The notes beneath the pieces are model-generated. The model was not told the DNA's origin. It worked only from the letters and a program-made list of their open reading frames with translations, and searched no databases. Of a DNA stretch of 64,000 nucleotides, positions 10,317 to 20,288 are shown piece by piece. Each line of letters opens with the position of its first letter. The first letter of the stretch is position 1. The position numbers were made by a program, and so were the translations under genes. The DNA comes from Nitrosopumilus sp. (GTDB lineage Archaea > Thermoproteota > Nitrososphaeria > Nitrososphaerales > Nitrosopumilaceae), in the NCBI GenBank assembly GCA_965224195.1, contig OZ245040.1, forward strand, positions 768,001-832,000. The letters run 5' to 3'.

Positions 10317-11603
10317 CTATTTTCTGTTTTTGATACTGGATATTAATGGTCGCACATGTGTCTCAACTTCTTTAGAAGATATACTGTATTTTTCAAAAGT
10401 TTGAACCAATTCCATTGCAAGATCTCGAATCACTTTTTGCTCATCATCAGTAATTGCAGGAGCAGTTAGAAGACCAGAGTCCATCTTGGATGTAATTTCA
10501 ACAAGTCTTAAAGTATTACCTGTATTGTTTGCAATAATATCATCTACAATATCAGAAAGTATGACGGATGCCTTTAGTGGTAGTTCTATAGAAGGATCAT
10601 CCCCAAAGACTTTAATCCAAAACATTGAAGGAATGATCTTATCTAACATTGCATCAAACTGACCCTTTTCATATCTTACAGATGTTAAAACATCCAAAGT
10701 CTTGGAATCGTTAAAATCCTCATTGATATCCAAAAGTGACAAAAACACAGAAAGATCAATTTTTGGGTCATTCCTGATATAACCAATATACTCAAAGAGT
10801 AGTGGAAAGTAATCATAAACAGAGTTGATGCTTTTCAATACACCAAAATCATTTTTTTGATAAGAATAATCTTCATCAGCCTCTCTGCGCATAATATCGA
10901 TCAGCAGTTCAAACAGTTCCTCTCTCGTACAGCTAACGTTGCGGATTGATGCCGCCAAAGATGTGGGGTAGGCCTTTCTTTCAAGGTCATACAGGCCCTC
11001 TTTCTCCTTACAGCGAATGTTGCTGAGTGCCGACAAAGATGTGGGGTAGGCCTTTCTTTCAAGGTCATACGGGTCCTCTTTCTCACTGTAAAACTGGTGG
11101 AATTGATCAAAAGTAATAGGGACCTTTCTTTCAAGTTTATGCATGCCCTCTTTCTCACTGTAAAATTTGGGACTAGCAGTATGACGCTTTTTATTAGCAA
11201 CAACATTCTGAATTTCAAAGAATATGTGAATTGTAAACAAAAGACCAAAATGACTAAGTTTGTATTTCCTATTTTCTTTGATAACTAAACCTTTGGTTCG
11301 TAAACTTACAACATCACCTTCATCTGAGCCATTTAGAATTCTGCGTAAAATGTTGTATGTATTTCTATAGGATTTTTTATTTTCAGCTTTCATATACTCC
11401 AAGGTCAAATCCTTCAAAGACTGTTCCCCAGATTCCAAAAGCTCCCATAATATCCATCTAAAATTAAACTTTGCTTGACTTGTATTATCTTCTGAGATTA
11501 ATGATGTATTCTTTTTTGTAATGTATATGTTAGTTCTAAGGTCACTAAACAGATTCCCTGTAAACACAAGACCCGCATTTCTATATTGTTTAGAAACAGG
11601 CAT
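10317..11603 (-). CDS. Hypothetical protein, wHTH-like N-terminus, internal ~25-aa repeats
   Basis: 428-aa ORF; three (S/K)EKE..Y/H.LERK repeats; divergent from the small-gene operon. Confidence 0.65.
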   Translation of the reverse strand: MPVSKQYRNAGLVFTGNLFSDLRTNIYITKKNTSLISEDNTSQAKFNFRWILWELLESGEQSLKDLTLEYMKAENKKSYRNTYNILRRILNGSDEGDVVSLRTKGLVIKENRKYKLSHFGLLFTIHIFFEIQNVVANKKRHTASPKFYSEKEGMHKLERKVPITFDQFHQFYSEKEDPYDLERKAYPTSLSALSNIRCKEKEGLYDLERKAYPTSLAASIRNVSCTREELFELLIDIMRREADEDYSYQKNDFGVLKSINSVYDYFPLLFEYIGYIRNDPKIDLSVFLSLLDINEDFNDSKTLDVLTSVRYEKGQFDAMLDKIIPSMFWIKVFGDDPSIELPLKASVILSDIVDDIIANNTGNTLRLVEITSKMDSGLLTAPAITDDEQKVIRDLAMELVQTFEKYSISSKEVETHVRPLISSIKNRK

Positions 11604-11699
11604 ACTGTATTATTACTTACTAATAACTAATAACTGTTGTGAATTCAGCATAACAAATCTGGATTTCGTACAGTTGATATGTTTTAATACAGCTTAGCC

Positions 11700-11894
11700 A
11701 TGGCTAATATGTTGAAAAAATCTATTGGCAGGCCACCGATAAAGGATCCTTGTAAACAACGGGCTGTGTTTATGCCCCAAAGTCTAGAAAAATTAATACT
11801 AAAAAATTCAGAGGGGATCTCTGAAAGATATCGATTTCTGATTCAGTTAGGATTTCAGGCAGAGCAAAGTGGGATGAAACTTGACTCCAGATAA
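11700..11894 (+). CDS. Small RHH-like DNA-binding protein
   Basis: IGRPPIKDPCKQRAVFMPQSL pattern typical of viral/plasmid RHH proteins. Confidence 0.6.
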   Translation: MANMLKKSIGRPPIKDPCKQRAVFMPQSLEKLILKNSEGISERYRFLIQLGFQAEQSGMKLDSR

Positions 11895-12099
11895 ACTGTG
11901 CTGCAACACAAAACATGATGATCTATGCTTTGAGATTACATTTGTCAATGGCAAAACATATTTAGTTTGCAACAAGTGCTCATCTACGCTCAAGTGCTAC
12001 TCCAGGCACATTTCAACTAAGAAGAAAATTCTTGCAGCGAGTAATGAATTACCTTTAGTGTCAGCGGACTCACATAAAAGTGGTGACAAGCAGCAGTGA
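11881..12099 (+). CDS. Small Cys-rich hypothetical protein
   Basis: CC...CNKC; overlaps its neighbours operon-style. Confidence 0.55.
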   Translation: MTPDKLCCNTKHDDLCFEITFVNGKTYLVCNKCSSTLKCYSRHISTKKKILAASNELPLVSADSHKSGDKQQ

Positions 12100-12317
12100 T
12101 TCTTAGTCCAGATGATGAATTATTCATTTGCTGGGCTCTGGCAACTGAAGGTTACAGGTGCATCAAATGTAAGCGGACAGTACAACAACTAATTAAATTA
12201 TATGGCAACACCGAGCCAGTCCTGAAAGTTTTCTATAAGTATAATGGGCTAGCTTGTCTGACGTGCATTAACAGCAGCCATCTTGCAGCAGCAAATTTGG
12301 AGAATAATGGCAGGTAG
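12096..12317 (+). CDS. Small Zn-finger protein (degenerate HNH-like)
   Basis: CIKC...CLTC; GTGA overlap with the upstream gene. Confidence 0.55.
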   Translation: MILSPDDELFICWALATEGYRCIKCKRTVQQLIKLYGNTEPVLKVFYKYNGLACLTCINSSHLAAANLENNGR

Positions 12318-13550
12318 ATGAACTTGTATGAAAATAAAGATGCTAAATCATTAACGCCAGAGTCAAAAGACCTCGTTACATTTGCAGACATGTTAGATTT
12401 GAATGAATCTATAGATAATATAAAGGATGTGGCGATTGCCCAAGAGCAAGTGTCCGTTGAGACAACTCAAAATGACAAGATTAACGTTCAAGATATTGAT
12501 ATCGATATTTACTCAAAGCATTCAGTACGAGAAGAACTAATAATTAATGATTCAACTGATTCTGAAAACAAACAAGATATTCTTAATGCACCAACTCCAA
12601 ATGTCAGCAAAAGATCCAGCCGCATGTCAGGATATACAGTACAAGAAGAACCAATAATTGATGATTTCACCAAACCTGAAAATGACATTGCGTTAAAAAA
12701 TGACTCTCCAATAATGCGCGAAAATACGACTCAACAGATTTTGCCATACGAAAGAAAGTACCATTCTCTATCAAAACTTCAACGTGATAGGCTGAGAAAA
12801 AAAATGGATGCCGCAGGAATTCCACACAGGTGCGCCAACCCTAAATGCAAGAATAAAAATAATAAATCTATAAAAATACTCATACACCACATTAATGGCA
12901 ACGAACTGCAGTGTGATGGAGATGATGGAACAGAATGTGGAAATTTACAGTACCTCTGCTACAGTTGCCATCAATTATATGGCATAAAAAAGCGCGTATA
13001 TAATCTAAACCCGAATGATCAGATTGGAATAGATCCATCAAAGGCATTGTCTTACGAATCCACAGTAAAAACTCTTGCAAGGCCCAGATGTTTGGAGAAT
13101 ATAGACAAAGCGATAGACGATAATGGCCACCATTTTTGTGAATCTGTTTTAAATGAAGCTCCAGAAATATTAACTGCAGGTGTATCTAAAATTAAATTTA
13201 ATGAATATTATACTCAGAATACACAAAAATTTGGCATAGACAATGCAAGATACCATAGGTTTCGAATAGCACCATATATGTGCGGGAATACTGAAAATTG
13301 CAGCGGGATTCATGTGACTCGTGTAAATAATGTAAAACCTATGGTATTGATTTCTAAAGAAAAGATCTTCTTGCAAGGTGAGTATGACAAACATATAGAA
13401 TCCATAAAAAAAAATAATGCGATAAAGAATGCATCAAACGAGGCATTAACTCCCGAGTTATCATTTGAACAATACTCTGAAGAACGCTCAAAGTTGGCAC
13501 AGCATGATTTTACCAAATATTCCTCTCTTGATGATGATCCTTCTGATTAA
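12318..13550 (+). CDS. HNH-endonuclease-domain protein
   Basis: RCANPKC...IHHINGN...NLQYLCYSCH (Zn-binding HNH) after an acidic low-complexity N-terminus. Confidence 0.7.
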   Translation: MNLYENKDAKSLTPESKDLVTFADMLDLNESIDNIKDVAIAQEQVSVETTQNDKINVQDIDIDIYSKHSVREELIINDSTDSENKQDILNAPTPNVSKRSSRMSGYTVQEEPIIDDFTKPENDIALKNDSPIMRENTTQQILPYERKYHSLSKLQRDRLRKKMDAAGIPHRCANPKCKNKNNKSIKILIHHINGNELQCDGDDGTECGNLQYLCYSCHQLYGIKKRVYNLNPNDQIGIDPSKALSYESTVKTLARPRCLENIDKAIDDNGHHFCESVLNEAPEILTAGVSKIKFNEYYTQNTQKFGIDNARYHRFRIAPYMCGNTENCSGIHVTRVNNVKPMVLISKEKIFLQGEYDKHIESIKKNNAIKNASNEALTPELSFEQYSEERSKLAQHDFTKYSSLDDDPSD

Positions 13551-13670
13551 CTAAATATCTAACAATAATTATCTCTAAACAACAAATCCTACATTATAAA
13601 ATTAATCCAAATAAACCTAATTCTATTTTATGGTACCAAAGTGTTTAACTTTACATATTAGATATTTCAT

Positions 13671-14032
13671 GTCTGAAGGGTCTGACGTGTCTGAAGGGTC
13701 TGACGTGTCTGAAGGGTCTGACGTGTCTGAAGGTTACCTTCAGACATTTTACTGATTTTTACTGATCGCTTTTGCGTCTGAAGGGTACCCTTCAGACGCT
13801 CTGGGGAGAGGGTGAAAAATATGTTGGTTCTAAGACTTGATACTCTACCTCCAAAAATATACCTAATTTTTGTATAATATACAAGTTAATCATACCACTA
13901 ATTACATGAATCAGACATTTTAGACATATGATCCTGACCAAAAAATAGACAATTTCAATTTTGCGTCTGAAGGGTCTGAAGGGTCTGAAGGTTACCTTCA
14001 GACATTTTACTGATCGCTTTTGCGTCTGAAGG
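13671..14032. repeat. Iteron/palindrome cluster built on GTCTGAAGG (candidate origin or protein-binding array)
   Basis: 18-bp tandem units at 13671, 13689, 13707, 13725; perfect 26-bp palindrome 13774-13799; 9-bp tandem units at 13965-13991; AT-rich tract on the left. Confidence 0.85.
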
Positions 14033-14938
14033 TCTAACACTCGACGCCTGGAGAGAGAAAATGAAAAAGAGAAAGAGAGTATGAAAGTACATGAAAGAGT
14101 ATGAAGATATAAGAGCAAGCATGAGAATACAGGTATGAATGAGGCATAATTTCATCTATCTGATCCTATCCACGCCTAAAATCTGTGACTGACACCTAAC
14201 AAATTGTGCAAATTGCACATTATCAAGCACGTCTCACTGTGCAAAACACCACCCCCCCTACCCTCTAAAAAAATTAGCTTGGAAATTTTTTAAAAAATAT
14301 ATATAAAAAATATAAAATTTTCATAAAACAGCAATGCATACCAAAAATATCACATCTATATCAAAACCAATTAATCATTTTGGCAAGATTTTAACAGAGT
14401 AAAAAACCAAAGATTGGCAATAGAGTCACACCCAAGTTCTCAATCAAAGTAATTTTTTACAAATCATCATTTCTTATTTACTGGCAAGTTTGAAGTTAAG
14501 CTCCAATCAAAGTTATGATTGCAACGGAAATTATTACATGAAATAATGTCAAGGTATGGTCAAACGGCTCTGCCTTGTAAATTGCAATATCCGGATCAAG
14601 CAGCCACAAGTTGAGCTTGAAACATCATCTTTTAATTCTGTCAACCCGTTTTGACTGCTGCGGTGCAAAGGCATCTGATCGGTCTTTGCTTTCAGTTCAG
14701 ATGCGGGGACTGCTTTGAAAGCCTGCCTTTTAGACTCTGAATTAATACAGAACAGAAATTGATGAAAGGAACACCTCTCTTAACATGGCAACAATTCATA
14801 AAAAATAATTTCAGCAACTGGCAACTCTTGTCTTGCATTGACAGCCTGGCATTGACATTTTATATTAATATCATATATCAATATCATGTATTCATATTTG
14901 ATACGACATCATTTTAAATATTTTTAAGGTGATTGGAT

Positions 14939-15828
14939 ATCTACTGCCCCTAGATTATTATGGAATAATTTTCAACAATGTTGGATGGACTTTGTATCAT
15001 TTGCAAAAATAATCTCTGATGAATCATTGCCAATACAATTCCTAGAATCAAAATACACTAAGAATATTTCCTGTCCTTTCTGCAAAAGCAAAACTCTCTA
15101 CACCATGAAAAGCAGAGACAGAATGAGATGCACAAAATGTCAGAAAGATTTCAAACCGCTTTCTGCATCAAAGTTCCCTTTGATTAGAATTTCCATATTC
15201 CACATGGCTCTCACTAGTCAAGCTCTTTGAGCTGTCAGTTTCTGCAAAGACTGCATCAGAACAGGTACGTCCAAGCTACAAGACCACCTTGAAAGCATTT
15301 GATAAATCAGGTATTCAATACTTGAGGAACTGGCAAAGACAGACAAGGTTCTGAAAGGAAAAATTGAGGCTGATGAGGCGTATTTTGGAGGCAGAAGAAA
15401 GGGAAATCGTGGCAGAGGTGACAAAAACAAGACAATTGTATTTGGAATTTTAGAGAGAAATGGCAAGGTACATGTTGAGATTGTAAATAACGTCAAAGCC
15501 AAAACTCTTCTGAAAAGTACGATTAGAAAAGTCAAGAAAGGCAGCATCGTGTATACTGACAAGTGGAAGGGATATGACTCGCTTGTATTCAGCGGCTGCA
15601 AACGTCTCGCAATAGATCAACAGCAAGATGTTTGGAAAAGGTGACGCATACATCATCAACGGCATTGAGGGGTTTTGGAGTTTTGCAAAAGAGAATATGG
15701 CAAAGCATCACGGAGCAAGTCCAAGAAAGTTTTTGCTGTACATCAAAGAAATGGAATGGAGATACAACAACAGAGATTGTAAATTGTTTGATCTGTTGTT
15801 AAAGTATTGCTAGGGGCGGGCAGTAGAT
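14939..15828 (+). mobile_element. IS1595-family insertion sequence, degenerate
   Basis: Imperfect inverted ends ATCTACTGCCCCTAG / CTAGGGGCGGGCAGTAGAT. Frameshifted transposase 14985-15813 with CPFC..CTKC ribbon, EADEAYFGG, YTDKWKGY, NGIEGFW. Confidence 0.88.
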
Positions 15829-15865
15829 GCATAATCGCCAATCTTAATTACGCCAGCAAAGAAGG

Positions 15866-17041
15866 ATGATGGGCAAAGTGTCAGTTGCAAAATTAATTAA
15901 AGAATTAAGCTGGACAGAAAAAGAACTGCCACAAAGAGAGAGAACAAAACACGTTCACAGTTTACACCAATATGTCGGTAAGTTTGTACCTCAGCTTGTA
16001 GATTATTTCCTACAACGTGACCTTAAAAATTCTAAATTAATCTGTGACCCATTCATGGGTTCCGGAACTACACTTGTAGAATCAAATGTCAAAGGGATTC
16101 CATCCATAGGGTTGGACATTGGCAAATTTAACGTAATGCTGTGCAATATAAAGACAAAGAGCTATGACGTTACAAGTTTGAAAAGAGAGACAAAATCAAT
16201 TCTTGAGGAAACATTACTCAATGCCTCAAAGACCAGTCTTGATAATTTTGTCTCAAGCAGACAAAAAAGAAAGCTAGGCATTACAGATTCAGAATATCTA
16301 AACGCCTGGTATCATGCAGAAGCGTTGCATCCATTACTTGTATTTAGGGACCTGATACCACAGCACAAATATCAAGATGTTCTAAAGATAATTTTGTCTC
16401 GTTCTGCACGTTCTTCAAGAATGATAGCTCATTATGAGACAGACTATCCAAAAAAACCACAAAAAGATGATTACTATTGTCTCAAACATGATAGAACTTG
16501 CCACCCAACCAAGAACTCTATGGCTTTTCTTAAAAGATACTGTAATGATGTTGTTAAGAGAATAAACCAATTTCAACAGATTAGAAATGACGTACACACA
16601 AAAGCCATACATGGAGATTCAAGCAAGTTTGACTTTACAGATTCCAAAATCAATGATGTTTTCACATCACCGCCATACATAGGACTCATTGATTACCACG
16701 ACCAACATAGATACGCCTATGAATTATTGGGTTTACAAGATAATAGTAATTCTGAGATAGGTAGAAGAAAGAATGGTTCTAGTAAATTGGCAATATCCAA
16801 CTATAAGAAAAGCATTACAAAAACTATCAAAAATATTACAGAATCATCATTTGATAGGAAAAATGGAGTGTTCATAATTGTGGTAAATGACAAACTAGAC
16901 CTTTATGATGAAATTGTATCAAATGCTGGAATGATAGTAAAAAAGAGACTGTGCAGAAATGTTAACCGCAGGTCCGGAAGAAGGGCAACAAGTTTTAATG
17001 AAAATATTCTGATTTGTAAATCAGATGGTTCTATCAGATAG
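15866..17041 (+). CDS. DNA amino-methyltransferase (N4-C/N6-A), motif I before motif IV
   Basis: DPFMGSGTT near the N-terminus, TSPPY near the C-terminus. Confidence 0.9.
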   Translation: MMGKVSVAKLIKELSWTEKELPQRERTKHVHSLHQYVGKFVPQLVDYFLQRDLKNSKLICDPFMGSGTTLVESNVKGIPSIGLDIGKFNVMLCNIKTKSYDVTSLKRETKSILEETLLNASKTSLDNFVSSRQKRKLGITDSEYLNAWYHAEALHPLLVFRDLIPQHKYQDVLKIILSRSARSSRMIAHYETDYPKKPQKDDYYCLKHDRTCHPTKNSMAFLKRYCNDVVKRINQFQQIRNDVHTKAIHGDSSKFDFTDSKINDVFTSPPYIGLIDYHDQHRYAYELLGLQDNSNSEIGRRKNGSSKLAISNYKKSITKTIKNITESSFDRKNGVFIIVVNDKLDLYDEIVSNAGMIVKKRLCRNVNRRSGRRATSFNENILICKSDGSIR

Positions 17042-17190
17042 CGTAAAAAAAGAGACAGAAGAATATCTTTGTAAATGGGTTGAAAAACTCACAAAGAGAA
17101 AAATCATGAATATTTGATATATTTTTGGAATAATTTAGGAAACAAAAATTTGCCTACATCCCCGGTGAAAATTATGCCATTTAAAAAATT
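17025..17190 (+). pseudogene. Possible remnant of the cognate restriction endonuclease gene
   Basis: Short ORF overlapping the MTase stop (MVLSDSVKKETEEYLCKWVEKL...) that ends after 30 aa; a 'PGEIMPF' fragment follows. Assignment is positional only. Confidence 0.3.
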
Positions 17191-17319
17191 GAATGTTACA
17201 CCTTGCAAGAATTGTCTCAACTATTTTGTATCTTTAGATTGATCTTAGAAAATTAACTTGTTTTGATGAGTATAAAATAATCAAAAAAAAAACCTATAAG
17301 AGATAATCTTAGTCAAAAA

Positions 17320-18204
17320 TTGAACAATTTGTTAAAATCAACTCAAAGACTTGATGTAATTTATCGTAGTGACTGCTTAAACAAATTAAAAAAATTGGAT
17401 TCTAATTCTATAGATTTTATTATTACTTCTCCTCCGTATGCAGATAGCAGAAAGAAAACATACGAAGGCGCTTCTGCAGATAAATATGTGGACTGGTTTT
17501 TACCTATTTCAAAAGAACTTAAGCGTGTTTTAAAACCTAGAGGCTCTTTTATTTTAAATATCAAAGAAAGGGTTGTTGATTCTGAGCGTAGTACATATGT
17601 TCTAGAATTAATTCTAGAGATGCGAAAACAAGGATGGCTGTGGACTGAGGAATATCTTTGGCATAAAAAAAATTCTTTTCCTGGAAAATGGCCAAATAGA
17701 TTCCGAGATGGGTGGGAAAGATGCTTGCATTTTACAAAACAGAAAAAATTCAAAATGTATCAAAAATCAGTCATGGTGTCTAAGGGAAAATGGGCAGAGT
17801 CCAGACTCAAAAATCTTTCTGAGACTGATATGGAACGTGCTAAATCTCGCGTGATGAGCGGATTTAGTAAAAATGTATCCAATTGGTTGGATAGGGATCT
17901 GGCATACCCATCTAATGTCATTCATATGGCAACTGAATGTTCTAATGTAAGTCATAGTGCCGCATTTCCTGTATCTTTACCTGAATGGTTTATCAAATTA
18001 TTTACAAAAGATGAGGATGTTGTATTGGATCCTTTTATGGGGAGTGGCACTACTGCTGTAGCTGCAACAAAATTAAATCGTAATTATATTGGAATGGAAA
18101 AAAATACGTTATATCATAAATATGCAAATAAAAGAATTAGAATTTTTAAGAAAGAACTTGAAGCAAATTTAAAATCTAAAAATAAATTAAAAATTTCTAG
18201 ATAG
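17320..18204 (+). CDS. DNA amino-methyltransferase, beta-class order
   Basis: ITSPPY first, then HSAAFP and DPFMGSGTT. Confidence 0.92.
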   Translation: MNNLLKSTQRLDVIYRSDCLNKLKKLDSNSIDFIITSPPYADSRKKTYEGASADKYVDWFLPISKELKRVLKPRGSFILNIKERVVDSERSTYVLELILEMRKQGWLWTEEYLWHKKNSFPGKWPNRFRDGWERCLHFTKQKKFKMYQKSVMVSKGKWAESRLKNLSETDMERAKSRVMSGFSKNVSNWLDRDLAYPSNVIHMATECSNVSHSAAFPVSLPEWFIKLFTKDEDVVLDPFMGSGTTAVAATKLNRNYIGMEKNTLYHKYANKRIRIFKKELEANLKSKNKLKISR

Positions 18205-18235
18205 CTTTTTTAAAAATAACGCCAAAGCAATAGAT

Positions 18236-18472
18236 TTGCAAATGATTGCACCCCAAATATCATCTCTAATAGATGACTGGCATTCAAAAGGGAAAATCAT
18301 GCTATCAGGTCCATTTGATAGCGATGTATCGTCAATGGCAGTTTTTGAAGGGACTGAAGAGGAAGCACATGAGTTTTACAAGAAATATCAAGACATATGC
18401 TCAGATATTTTGACGTATGAGTTATACCAATGGGATGCATTACCTATTCTTTCAATTTTAAATAAAAATTGA
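18236..18472 (+). CDS. YCII-like small protein, possibly 5'-truncated
   Basis: GKIMLSGPF...MAVFE...EEA pattern. Confidence 0.55.
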   Translation: MQMIAPQISSLIDDWHSKGKIMLSGPFDSDVSSMAVFEGTEEEAHEFYKKYQDICSDILTYELYQWDALPILSILNKN

Positions 18473-18815
18473 AATTTTTTTAAAAACAATTTAATTTGTA
18501 ATCCTGTTCTCATTCTATAGACTTGTAGTAGTAACATAGAAAAATGTGCACTGTTAAGTAATCATTGAATAAAATTATGGTAATGGCTCATGTCCTCTTT
18601 TATATCCTGAAAATTTACGATATTCGTAATCAGTCAGTGGTGTTTGACATCCACATTTACAAAATATTTTCATGATTTTGATAAATTGCACACATACAAA
18701 AAGTTTAGGAAACTAGGGTTCTGTGAAGTTATAGGCACCTGAAATATGGATCTTCTTCAAATTGAATTTTAGGCATGAAGTTTTTTATCAACTCAAATAG
18801 TAGTCATTAGCGTTT

Positions 18816-19373
18816 TTGTTTATGGGTAAAAAAGAGTTACAAGAAAGAGACATTTGGCAAGATAGAAGTGGTGTAAGAGGGGAAGTTGCAGAAGCTAAAT
18901 TTGAGATAGTTTTTCTAAGAGAATTTGAAAAATTAAATTATGATGTAAGAAAAAAACCAAAAGAACTTCAAGATATTTATTCAAAGGAACCAAAACATGG
19001 AGTAGTTATCGATTATGCAATAACCAATACAGACACCAAAAAAACACTATACGTGGAAATCAAAAGACAGGATGGCTATGTTCCGGGGGAAACTGAACCT
19101 AATGCAGGTAGAGGAAATGCACATGAAAGATCATGTAAGTATTTTACACCCGGATTACTGAAAATCATGAGAAAATTTGGAAATTTAGGCGATGATGTAC
19201 TTCCTTTTTGGGTTGTATATCAAGGTCGTATTGCACGTGATAAAAAACGAACTAACGAAATAACATATTGGTTTGATAATTATAAACCACATTTTTTCTT
19301 GTGGAAAAATCAATCAAATGCAAAACCACTAGTCAACCATTTTAACAATAATTTGAAATCCCTCTTAGATTAG
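18816..19373 (+). CDS. MunI-family type II restriction endonuclease
   Basis: VEIKRQDG...AGRGNAHERSCKYFTPGL closely matches the MunI catalytic/recognition region. Confidence 0.85.
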   Translation: MFMGKKELQERDIWQDRSGVRGEVAEAKFEIVFLREFEKLNYDVRKKPKELQDIYSKEPKHGVVIDYAITNTDTKKTLYVEIKRQDGYVPGETEPNAGRGNAHERSCKYFTPGLLKIMRKFGNLGDDVLPFWVVYQGRIARDKKRTNEITYWFDNYKPHFFLWKNQSNAKPLVNHFNNNLKSLLD

Positions 19374-20023
19374 GCATTATTCATTATTACATCTAATCCC
19401 CATGAAGCCCAACCTCTAGCTCTCTTTCGTGCAAATAGCTCTATTCTTTTTTGTTCAGGGAACATCTTCTCTATTCCTTGCATGACTTCTATTGGTTTTT
19501 CACTATGTCCTTTTCTTGGAGTTTTTACTAGCTGTTTTACATTCCTTGCCCCTCTTGGATTTGGTATTCTACCGTGTTTAAATAACAAACATAGTTCGCA
19601 ATTTGAGAGGGTGTATTTTCCGGGATTATGATTCATCTTATCCCATACAAAAGCCACTGTTCTATACTTAAAACCCCATGCCTTGCCTAATTCTATGGCT
19701 TGTGATAAGTGAGGGTTTGTAGTCCACATGAACAATAAACAATCATCAGCTACTATTCCATCTATGGGAATATCTGACATTTCACTAGTCTTCATAGTAG
19801 GATATTTGAAACTAGCAGTGCTAATGTAGAGGCTTTTTGATGTATCGTATTGTAATTTCTTATTATAATCCCAAGGTGGATCAGCATAGATTATATCAAA
19901 TTTCTTATTTGGTAATTTTGGGTATGCCATTTCATTTGATAATGGATTGTGTTTTGTTCGTCTCTTAACATCTTCGTTGTAGATTGAATACCCACTACGC
20001 TTTTTTGTTAATTGTTTACTCAT
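19370..20023 (-). CDS. MT-A70-family adenine methyltransferase (M.MunI-like)
   Basis: IIYADPPW, LFMWTT, WGFKY, HSEKP, IELFAR. Confidence 0.9.
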   Translation of the reverse strand: MSKQLTKKRSGYSIYNEDVKRRTKHNPLSNEMAYPKLPNKKFDIIYADPPWDYNKKLQYDTSKSLYISTASFKYPTMKTSEMSDIPIDGIVADDCLLFMWTTNPHLSQAIELGKAWGFKYRTVAFVWDKMNHNPGKYTLSNCELCLLFKHGRIPNPRGARNVKQLVKTPRKGHSEKPIEVMQGIEKMFPEQKRIELFARKRARGWASWGLDVIMNNA

Positions 20024-20199
20024 TTTGAATTTCTTCCTTCTATTGTAATTTTACCTTTTTTCCTGATCTCAAATTCAATTCTTTCTGGATTATCTAACTC
20101 TTCTAAAACGGGTTTGGGAATAACAGCAAAACATCCTCTTCGTTCATTATAATCTAATTTAACAGAAAACTTTGTTATGTCTTTTTTCCACTGAGCCAT
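20020..20199 (-). CDS. AbrB/MazE-like DNA-binding protein, 59 aa (absent from ORF track)
   Basis: Manual translation MAQWKKDITKFSVKLDYNERRGCFAVIPKPVLEELDNPERIEFEIRKKGKITIEGRNSK; ATGA overlap with the MTase start. Confidence 0.75.
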   Translation of the reverse strand: MAQWKKDITKFSVKLDYNERRGCFAVIPKPVLEELDNPERIEFEIRKKGKITIEGRNSK

Positions 20200-20236
20200 A
20201 CACTAAATTATTTTATGCCATACTTAAAACTTTTCT

Positions 20237-20277
20237 CGATCCTCGAGGATCGTAATATTGATATAATCCTCGAGGAT
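20237..20277. promoter_or_regulatory. Paired palindromic operators (ATCCTCGAGGAT) in a divergent promoter
   Basis: CGATCCTCGAGGATCG at 20237-20252 and ATCCTCGAGGAT at 20266-20277, between the abrB-like gene and the transposase. Confidence 0.7.
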
Positions 20278-20288
20278 AATATAATTAC

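Noticed and set aside
18575-18673. 32-aa minus-strand ORF with CKCGC motif
   Set aside because: Too short and unsupported to call; may be a gene remnant.
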